Source of the DNA: Diadema antillarum
Taxonomy: Eukaryota
Assembly (NCBI RefSeq): GCF_040938485.1
Contig: NW_027271288.1
Location: forward strand, 1,116,001 to 1,180,000
Direction of reading: 5' to 3'
DNA: 64,000 nucleotides
Positions 27,790-37,601 of this stretch are shown here, in pieces. Below the pieces are notes generated by a model. That model did not search any database, had not been told where the DNA came from, and worked only from the letters and a program-made list of their open reading frames with translations. Position numbers and translations under genes: made by a program. The stretch's first letter is position 1. Each line of letters begins with the position of its first letter.

Positions 27790-28506
27790 GGAATCAACTC
27801 CAGGCTAAGATGGTATCTATAAACGCCATAATTGCATATATACGTCAAAAAGTGCTTAACAAAAACATACTGGAATTGTTTAATCGTATTTGGGGGACCT
27901 CCGACCTTCAAAAATGACTGGTTCCATGCATGCTATTCATATCCCAGTATTCAAACAAGGAAAGAGTGAGACAGATCCTCATTCGTATATTGAATATAGA
28001 CACATTGCTATATCGTTGCCTTCATAATTTTGTGTAAGATAATGGAGAGAATTATATATCATAATGAGATTGGAATGCTGCTAAAAACATGATATATTAT
28101 CCGAATGTCAAACAGGATTTAGGAAGGGTAGAGGTATCCTTGACACGATAGTCATGTTGGATACATGGATGTTAAGAAAATTATGTATGTTAGATAAAGG
28201 TTACAGTATTTGGTTGTGATTTTAGATAAAACGTATTATTTTGTTAGGAAGAGTAGTATTGTAGTTAAAGATGTAATATGGGATCAACGGGGGATTGTTA
28301 TCAAGGAATTCATCCTTATTATCTAACAGCTTTTAAAGTATAATAAATATAAAGAGTCAAATGATAATTGTCTCACAACTTCCGTAGTGATAGAGGTCAA
28401 ACTCAAAGAATGTTTTCTTAGCTGTTTGATATTTTTAAGCTATATATCCTATAATGATGAATCGGCTGCTACCACGTTTGTATGCTGATGATATCGCTGT
28501 GTGGAT
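27790..28506 (+). pseudogene. Degenerate non-LTR (I-group-like) reverse transcriptase fragment
   Basis: Frameshifted remnants of RT motifs in order: STPG*DGI, IPVFKQGK, YRHIA, CKIMERII, QTGFRKGR and LYADDIAVW (TATGCTGATGAT at 28481). Confidence 0.85.
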
Positions 28507-28597
28507 TTTTTAAGCAAAAAATAAAAAAAGTGCTGCTGAAAACTGCTTATCCTGATTGTGGCGAGCCATTGGAGTTAAAAAAATCTAGTCAAAAGGG

Positions 28598-28636
28598 GCC
28601 TGAGCTTTCGATCCTAGCAGAATCTTCGTCAGAGGC
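28598..28636 (-). ncRNA. Minimal type I hammerhead ribozyme (Penelope/retrozyme type)
   Basis: Minus strand reads GCCU-CUGACGA-A-GAUUCU-GCU-AGGAUC-GAAA-GCUC-AGGC: stem I GCCU/AGGC, conserved core, 6-bp stem II, palindromic AGCU mini-stem III, CUC cleavage triplet. Confidence 0.8.
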
Positions 28637-28930
28637 AAAGTGACAAAGGTTGACAGGCAAGGAAAGCAATCACTATTTATAGGGACTGCACAATAACAAA
28701 AACAATCATGGGAGGGCTATTTGGGACACAGAACAAAGAAAATAAAAGGGAAAGGTCGGAGGTCATGGGCAAGGAGCCCAACAGGTAAAGGGAGGGGGAT
28801 TAAAGCAGGAGGGTGGACAGACAAAAGCAGAGGAGGGTCAAGGGCCCTAATGATCCTGAGGACCAAGGGGGCAACCTAAGAACGATAAGGATGAAAAGGG
28901 AGGCAACATCAATCAAGATAATGAACAACA

Positions 28931-29087
28931 GGGGGGTGTTTCATCAATGTTTGTCAGCGCTGACAATCACCATAGTAACAGTCAGTGACCAGAGCATCTC
29001 ATTCAATCAAAAACAAGGATTTTGCTGAAATTGTCAGCGCTGACAACTTGTCAGTGCTGACAAACGTTGATGAAACATCCCCCCCCC
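28931..29087. mobile_element. MITE, same family as 23084-23241, opposite orientation
   Basis: Same TIRs; internal sequence is the reverse complement of the 23084 copy; CAG/CTG at the junctions. Confidence 0.8.
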
Positions 29088-31262
29088 TGTTGTTAATTAT
29101 CTTGTTTGATGTTGCCTCCCTTTACCTTTCATCCTGATCCTTCTCAGGTTGACCCCCCTGAAGGATAAAGAAAGGGAAAAAGTGAAATAGCAACAGTATG
29201 AGGGGGGGGGGGGGGCGGAGCAAGCAGCGAGCCCAAACCTGATGTACCAAGAAGAGGCAACAAAATGAAAGGCGACATGAGAGTCAACCAGCAAATACAA
29301 GTTACTAAACAGAGCAAAGAAGGCCTATAAAATATTTGAAATAACAATAACATTAATGATAACATTGCTTATATAATAATGATTTTTTTTCTGGGGGGGG
29401 GGGTAAAATCTGAAATTATCAGAAAAGAAACTGCAGTGCTGTGCTTATTTATCTTATACGAATGTAGTAAATGTTGGAAATGACTTTTTCAGTAGAAAAA
29501 ACTGTTACTCTCTAAAAAGAAATCGAGTGAAAATACATATGGTATTTATCATATTATGGTATTTACTAATAAAGAAAGGTCATACTGGTGTGAATTCATG
29601 TATTAATGTTTTGAAGTTAGAGCAAGTTTCAGTATTATAAAATACAATATCTGATATGAGAAGACACGTTCTATAGTAATTTGAATCGGTCAAATTATAG
29701 AAAAAATAAGTTGTCAAAAGGAATTAATTTGATGAGACGTGTATCTGCTGCATCATGAGAAGTGATATTCATGTCAGCGGCCTCAATTTGATGTATAAAT
29801 GTGTATCTTATTAGATCAATAGTTACTTTGCTTCAGAGGTGAGTGCCTGCAAGACTTATCCTCGTTTTACTCTATGCAATAGCAATGTCTATGAGGTTAG
29901 TTACTGGAGCAGTACTCTGTCAAGTGTCTTCTTTCTACGTCTTCAGAAGCTCTTTAAGCGGAGTGTGGAGAGATGCCTTTATAGAACTCAGACATCTACG
30001 TTCACCATTGGTTGATAGATTGAAATACACAATGTTAATATCTAGTACCAACCACCCCACAAGATTTAACCTGGACTATATGATATCACACAAGAAAATT
30101 ATGAAGAAAATAAGAAATATCAACCCATATAGCTGTTCGATTTACAACAATTATGTGTAAGTATGAAATGTCTGTGCACCGTTGCAGGGCACCCTCCCAG
30201 GCAGATGGTAGAACCTGAAACATTCAAAACATGGTAAGCAAATCTGAATTTTAAAGTAATTTTTAAATGATTATAACGCGGGGTATGTGCAACATAACAA
30301 GCCTATTCTGGCTTTCTACGCGCATACCATTTTCCGATCAACCAAACACACAATGTTAATGAGTTTCTGTTCTTTATTATTGTACCTGTGATATCTGTTT
30401 TCCCGATGTGGTTTTTTATTCTTTTGTCTTTATCATAATCTCGCCTTGTTTTGTTGTCGTTTGCATTGTTTTTTAACTCACTTTTTGTATACAATTTGCT
30501 CATAATTATTCACATGTATTTTTGTATTATTATATGAATCGGAAATAAAGATTGAATTGAATTGAATAAGATATGATTGCTCATCAAACTATAAGGGAAT
30601 ACGAACATTTTAATGGATTCTTTCACATTGTAATATCCATGGTAATATTCCAAGTGGTTGACTCTCTCGGGACGCAAAATTGCAGCCTTGAAGAGAATAA
30701 TAATAGGCCTATATAGTGTATACGGCCGGCAATGACTGGAGGACCTCTGGTCTATGATAAAAGATTGGACATCAGGCTCTTCGGTACGATCTGGCAGTCA
30801 GACAGTCGTGGGATGCGTCCGATAGAGGGCGACATTTGTAACCGGCACTGACAGTACCGTCAGTGTATACATCAAAGCCACCGTACAGCAGTACACCCGC
30901 TTGTCTGCGACTCTCTCCACGTACCCCAGGCCCACCACAGAGAGTTCTTTTAGCTAGCTGTAGCTGTGCGTACTCGATCCACTCGACACCTGCAGCACCT
31001 CCACCAGCAGAGCTTCCGGCCGGCCGCGACGTCGGCGACCGAGTCACACCGATACCGACCAACAATACTGAGCTGCTGACTGATACTCTGCAAAGCTTGG
31101 ATGGGTTCGTTAGTTTGTTGTTATCTGTTTCTCATACTAATACCACCCCCCATTATCTTCTAGACCTAGTGGGACGTTGCATCTGTCTGCAGTTGGGAAA
31201 GGGCGTTTGTATCACCATGCCTGATTATGAATTTTATGATCACTCACTCAGTTAAAGTCACA

Positions 31263-31310
<48 letters not shown>

Positions 31311-31464
31311 AATTCTAATTAATAATAGCTGTAAACTTACTTCTGAGTTCTGTAGTGTACTGTAGTTATTGTAACTGTTACAGTTACATCCAAAGCAGTA
31401 TTTAGAGATACTAACAGTGATAACATGTTAGATGTGATTGATGTTGATCAAGCGTTTCTAAGTA

Positions 31465-31690
31465 CAGTCAAACCTGCCTAACTAGACTTCTAAGGCTTAG
31501 CGGCCACCTGTCTACAGCGCAGCGGCCAATGAAAAATCCCCCCGAGAGAAAAGACCTGTTAAAGACCCTGTGTATAGCGGCCACCTGTCTATAGCGGCCA
31601 CCTGTCTACAGCGGCCACTGAAAAATCCCCCCAAGAGAAAAGCCCTGTTATGTGTTCAATGAATAAAGACCCTGTGTATCAGTCCGGGAA
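31465..31690. mobile_element. Tc1/pogo-type MITE with internal GCGGCCACCTGTCTA repeats
   Basis: TA-CAGTCAAACCTG start; three copies of AGCGGCCACCTGTCTA plus partial copies, and a duplicated GAAAAATCCCCC(C/A)AGAGAAAAG block. Confidence 0.65.
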
Positions 31691-31939
31691 ACCCGCTCAT
31701 CACGAGGACCGCTCCCGCGTACGAGGACTGCCCCGCCTCATGAGGACCGCCCCCACGCCTCATGAGGCCCGGGGGGGAACGCTTCATGAGGCCCCCTATT
31801 CACTTCTTATTCATCTCCCATCTGACGTATAAATTGTCGCAACTTTGCACGGTGATTTTTTGTTACACACACATGTCCACTATCCATGATGAAAAGAAGA
31901 AAAAAACCTGTCTGTTTATTTTTTCAAAAATCGAGTTTT

Positions 31940-32100
31940 AATCAACCGATGCAGAGCGCCCATCAAAACACGGGTGCCAGCGTGTTCGCACAATGCAAGA
32001 CTGCCGCACCTAGCGGCCTGATCTGACTAGTCGGAGCTGCACTGAATTGACGGCCAGCGCATGCGCACACATCACATGCGCACAAATTTCAAATCCATTG
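31940..32100. promoter_or_regulatory. CpG-rich patch with NRF1-type site, candidate promoter
   Basis: Perfect GCGCATGCGC at 32057-32066 plus CATGCGC about 20 nt downstream; 4.7 kb upstream of the PHOSPHO2-like CDS. Target gene unknown. Confidence 0.35.
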
Positions 32101-34429
32101 ACTGGATAATTCAGTGTTATAGATCTCCCAGGTTCCTCTCAACTGAGTCACATTAAGTCATCAATTCGAACAGAAAGGGACTATTGGCAGAACCAAACGT
32201 TGCACGTTACCTGTTGTCAACGCTTCAACCTCACCTCTAAGTCTTCAATTGAATTAAAAACATTTTTTTTTTTATTTCAAGTTGATATTTATCCACGATA
32301 CTACCCCTGTCATGATCCTGAATGCTACAGTCCACAGCCCCATTACGCTACGCGTTTTGGGCTGCTGGTCGCACTTAGGCCAAGACCTACTTAAAAAATG
32401 ACATAGTCACATTATAGACCACTAAATAGCTTCTGAATTGATTGTTGGCACTCACTGGGATGATGAAGAAGAAGGGTGTGGTCAAAATATATTGCCAATC
32501 AGGGAGATGTTGAATATCTACACTGTTTGCTAGTGCAGTGCAACTAGCCCATATTACATCATGTCACTGTATGTGAGCTGTTCAATATGCCATTCTTTAT
32601 TGGTACAGGTATACACAGTACATGCACTATGTGCTCAGCTTTCTTCATATAGTCTCATTTGTTTAGCCACCTAGACTCTACAGTCTCTAGCCTGGGGATA
32701 GTGATCCCTTAGTATGAAATGTTCAACATTGGAGCTACATTTGTATATCCTGTTTATTCTTTAGATCTTACATCTCAAAGCTGGAATTATGACAATCCAT
32801 TCTTGGACCTTGGCCTCATACCTATATAAAGCTGACACTATCTTCAATGACCCTCCTTCACACCAACCCACACCAAAGATGAAAGCTACAAATAAATGCG
32901 ATTGAAATTACAGAAAGTATGTTACATGCGTGTACTTTTACTCTACTCTGAAAGCGAACGCATAAAATAAGTTAAGTGTAGGGCCTATTCATCATACACT
33001 GTCATAATAATTCATGATTGATTGTGGGCATCACTAGCAAGACAAGACAGGTGATAATAGGCTGATAACAAGCGTGGTTGTATGAGGGAATGCACAGGTG
33101 TTTGTCAGCGTAATGTCCCTCAAGGATGCAGGCTGAAATTTGTGGACTCTATTCGCCTCGACACTTTGATAGCTGCTTTAAAAATTAAGATTAATAATGT
33201 AGCACCCCTCCCGGAGAGGGGGGCGTATCTATTGAAAGAAGAAGAAAGAATCCATGTGATGCTTGGATGGTGGTGATGAGCGCAACTACTTTATTCATAT
33301 CATAACTCAAATCATTGCCATAAATCATGGTTCTGTAAAACCATTTATATCTCATTCCACTTTCATCTCTGTTCATAGAAATTTCCATGTCTTGTCACTT
33401 CACCAACTTATTCTTTATATCATAGAACGGATTAAATATGAATATATGTAATACTGAGTTTGTCTCTCTCTAGTCTAAACTCCTCTTGTCATAACCACAT
33501 TTTGATTGTCGACAGTCTATATTATAAATAACGCATTTACAGCACATAACATAATCTTTACCATGTCAGAATTTGACACATTACTGTACGTAAATGTAGG
33601 TGTAAACACACTTGGATAACGTATATCCTTACAACCAGTTACATCTTAACATAACTAGAGTACAAGTTGCTAAAAACTGCGTCCATATAGGAACATTGCA
33701 AAGAATTATCCCTAATGTAACAATCAGTCTTTATCAACTTAATACATCTATCTCAGGACTGAGGGTTATTCATGCATACTTAACCCTAGGAGTATATACT
33801 TCTACTTTCAGGCCCAACTCACATATTTCACACAACATGTACAAGGGAAAACCTTGTATGAGACAAATACATAATGCTTCTCCCGAGAATAATAAATCTC
33901 ATCGGATTGACATGTACCAGGGTCATCTCTTCATGTGTGATAACTTCTCATTCTTTTAGCTTGTTCAATACCATCAGCTAAGGTAATAAGCCTTAACATT
34001 TGTTGTTGATCACAATATTCTGAGTATTCTACCTATGGGATGCCCCATTAACATGTACATGTATAACTACAGTATAATAATACACAAAACGTTCCACATA
34101 CCAAGTACAGAAGTATTATACGGGTATATGTCTTCTGCTATTTGTGCAGTGATGTTGCCCTGGCAACCCTCTTAGTTATCACGAAATAACCCATTTCTTC
34201 ACAAGCAACACACATATAATCACTATCTATACTATACAAATTATTCTTATAAACACCATACTACCAGTCACCTACCACACATTTTCATCTCTGTATTTCA
34301 GTAGGCCTATACATAGAAATGGAGGTTGTTGTATCGCATTTTTTTTTTATTGACATGTTTATGTACATGTATAATGCCATCGCCAGTGTCGTATTAATGT
34401 ACTGTATATTACGTTGTGTTTCTAGAATG

Positions 34430-34650
34430 TGTATTGTATGTGTGCATTGTTTGTGTGAGTATTTGCCTGTGATATGTCATCTTGTGTTGTATCACTGCAT
34501 GTGGTGCGAGTGTGTGCTCGAGTGAGTTTTGTGTGTGGTGTGTCTGTTGATGGTGTGCGTGTGTAATTGTGTGTGTGTGTGTATGTATGTGTGTGCGCGT
34601 GTGTGTGTGCGCGTGTGTGTGTGTGCGCGTGTGTAAGTGAGTGTGCCATG
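34430..34650. repeat. Compound (TG)n/(CG) microsatellite
   Basis: Seen directly. Other microsatellites: (CA)n 31264-31308 and 63930-63992, (TA)n(TG)n 47841-47910, (TA)n 48512-48545, (AG)n 57622-57654, (AATGT)n 39731-39775, (AAT)n about 63655-63728. Confidence 0.9.
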
Positions 34651-36830
34651 TGTGAACTGTAGGCTTGACCGAGTGTCTGGTGTTGTATAAATGGGGTTGC
34701 TGAAAACTGCGTGTTTCAGTCTTGTGTGTATTGATTCTGTTTGGTGTGAATAGTGGGCAGAATATACTCCAAAACTTGGCATTTTTCTTTTTTTTTTTTT
34801 ACGAATTGTGCATTTGTATCCCAGTCCGGCAGTCCTTTTTGTTCTAAATCTGTTGAAAATGATTTTTTTTTTTCGCTTTTTGATGGTCTCTCTTTTATAG
34901 TATATACATGTATCCCCTGTGCAGGAAAATCCATTGTTTTTACACAGGACTTCGATGTAAAACAGCTTTTAGCTGATCGTTTTTATCCTGTATAAATATG
35001 TTTCAATAAATAAATAAATAAATAAAAATCATCATATCTTTAATATTGAGTTGATAATGCTGTGTAGATATCATGCACTGTATAAAGTCACTGCCCTGTG
35101 TTGCACCCCAAATGAAAAGGAGAACAAGGTTGAAAGAGAGCAACGGACAAGAAAGGGGGGGGGGGGCTGAAATACGCAATGAGACCGAGAGGGAGGAGAG
35201 AGAGAGAGAAAGAGAGAGAGGAGTAGTCAGACAGACAGGCGGAGAAAGGAAAAAGAGGGGAATCATCTCAAACCAGAGAGTATTGAAAACCTAGTATTGA
35301 CTAATTTATTTCTTATATCATCCAACATAAGTTTGTGTTCTCATAAGTTCTGTTTAAATCTTCCAATGTGTACCATTTACCAATTAAGCGTTAAAATGCA
35401 CAAACTTCTTCACTACACAGCACTGTACCAGTATCAATAATGTTTTCATCCTCTCACTTTTGTCAAAAGCAAAAACAATCTCTCTTTTCCCTGTCTACCA
35501 GTGAGCATATAATTAGTCTCTTCGCTTGGGAGTATGGCTGGTAGTTGACATAAAGAAACCACTTCTTGCCCTCTTGGTTCTCTCTATTGTTTAACTCTTC
35601 CAGTCTGGAATATATTCTGACCCACGGAAAACCTATGAACCCTCCCATTTCCAGTGCGCACAGAGCACTTTCCCCTGGGGTCTAGTGGTTTGGCGCTTCC
35701 AAGATAAAACAGTGACTGGGCTGCAGTGGAATGCACTTGTGGTTAGTCTAGCGGGCTTGGACAAGCATGCATGGGGTGTGTTCTTATACTTTCCACTGTG
35801 TGAACTATTCCCCTGTTCGATTTCACTGTATGTGATGTGTTCATACTGCCCTTCCATTACCATAACTTGCTGCTTAACATCCTTGCAAAGTTAACACATA
35901 AATTCAAAGTTTCTTACTCAATTATGGCAAGAAAAGTAAATACATTATACATGGAGCACACATCATAGGATAATATACAGTGTACGTTGACAGTCATACT
36001 CATACATGTAAAACACTTCATTCATTCACTTCAACATATCAAGATTAAAGTTAATCTTGGTCACATAAAATGTTAAAATACATATTTCTTTACACCAACT
36101 ATGGATACAATATAGATGATAATAGCAATTTATCAATCACGGTGCACGTACCTCTGACAAAGCAATCAGTATCAGTTATATCTCTGTAATTATAACTTCA
36201 TCATCTTTTCAACTTGGACTTTCTTTGGCTCTAAAATTATGGCAAAGTTCCAATATAAATTGATTTTATGCTTCAATGAATGTTACAACATTAAACTACC
36301 ATGTTGAAAATTAAATCAAAGCAGTTTAACATATAATCTGATATAAAGATAATGGATAAGAAAGTGTGTTTCTTACCTATTGAAAGAAGAAGAAAGAATC
36401 CACGTGATGCTTGAATGGTGGTGATGAGCACAACTACTGACCTCCACCAATACCGCATCACCATGGATCCACCTTGCACCCTCCATAGGGCTGGGATGCT
36501 TCACTCTCGGATTGGGGTGGGACATGGTGTTTCCTTGGAGGGACAACTTGAGTATTTAGGGGATAATTGTATTGCTGTTGTGGGGGGGGGGGGAGGGGCT
36601 GTATGCTTGGTTTCTGTTAGTACCCATTCTCAAAATGTGTTTTGTCTATAATTACGTAATAATTAAACAACTGCTTCAAAAATTTGTAGGGGGGTCGTAT
36701 TTGTGGGGGCTCCACAAAGCTGCGTTCATCTGTTTTTACCAGTGATTGGTCAGATATCATCTACCTCTCCCATTTACTCATGTTTGTCTTCTCTTCATTG
36801 TTTATTGACCAGTGCATTCCAGTTAGTGCC

Positions 36831-37601
36831 ATGGCCAATACACAGCCTCCCAAGCCACGGATGCTTCTAGCCATCGACTGTGATCATACCATCATTGATG
36901 GAAACTCGGACACCTGGATCATGGCCCTTCTCCCTGACCACATGGTTCCTAAGGACATCCGCCGCCGACTCAAAAATGACCACAAGAGTTGGACCATCTA
37001 CATGGGTGAGGTGTTTGAGTACATGAAGTCAGTGGACATCAAGGAGGATGCTATTCGTGCATCTATTGCTGGGATTCCCCTGGTTCCAGGCATGAAGGAG
37101 CTCTTGGCATACCAGCAATCAAGTTCTCAAGTTGACACCATCATTGTTTCTGATTCCAACTCCTACTTTATCAATGTTATCTTAGCAACACATGGCTTTG
37201 AAGATGGAGTTCAAGGTATTTTCACTAATCATGCCGAGTTTGACTCCGAGGGGTGTCTTAGAATCCACTTCTCCAACCCCCACACTTGCCCTCGACGATG
37301 CCCCAAAAACCTGTGCAAGCACACGTCAATCCAGAAGTTTCGTGAGGAGCAAGAAAGTGCTGGGGTGGTATACGATAAGATTTGCATGATTGGAGATGGT
37401 CAGAATGACCTGTGTCCGTGCTTTTTCCTGAAAGAAAGTGATTATGTGTTCCCAAGGAAAGGCTATACTCTGGCTAAACTTCTTGCAGAGTTGCAGAACG
37501 GACAGGGAGAGAAGTGTTTGGCTTCTGTGGTTCCATGGAGCTCCGCCACTGAAATCTTAGATGTTGTCAAAACTTTTGTTGACAGTGGTACATCATGTTA
37601 G
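36831..37601 (+). CDS. PHOSPHO2: PHOSPHO2/PHOSPHO1-family HAD phosphatase (pyridoxal phosphate / phosphoethanolamine phosphatase-like), 256 aa
   Basis: Motif I IDCDHTIIDGNSD (DxDxT), motif II SDSNSYFI, Cys loop HTCPRRCPKNLCK, motif IV GDGQND and VFPRKGY all match the family. The ORF-track start (36780) lies in a polypyrimidine tract ending in AG at 36812, so the likely start is ATG 36831. AATAAA at about 37728. PHOSPHO1 versus PHOSPHO2 orthology is unresolved. Confidence 0.93.
   Translation: MANTQPPKPRMLLAIDCDHTIIDGNSDTWIMALLPDHMVPKDIRRRLKNDHKSWTIYMGEVFEYMKSVDIKEDAIRASIAGIPLVPGMKELLAYQQSSSQVDTIIVSDSNSYFINVILATHGFEDGVQGIFTNHAEFDSEGCLRIHFSNPHTCPRRCPKNLCKHTSIQKFREEQESAGVVYDKICMIGDGQNDLCPCFFLKESDYVFPRKGYTLAKLLAELQNGQGEKCLASVVPWSSATEILDVVKTFVDSGTSC

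Larger units (their letters stand above)
28560..29340 (-). mobile_element. Penelope-like pseudo-LTR / non-autonomous PLE-derived segment
   Basis: Contains the hammerhead, a strongly pyrimidine-rich minus strand, a TATAAATA-like motif about 40 nt upstream of the ribozyme and an internal inverted duplication. Boundaries are approximate. Confidence 0.5.
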
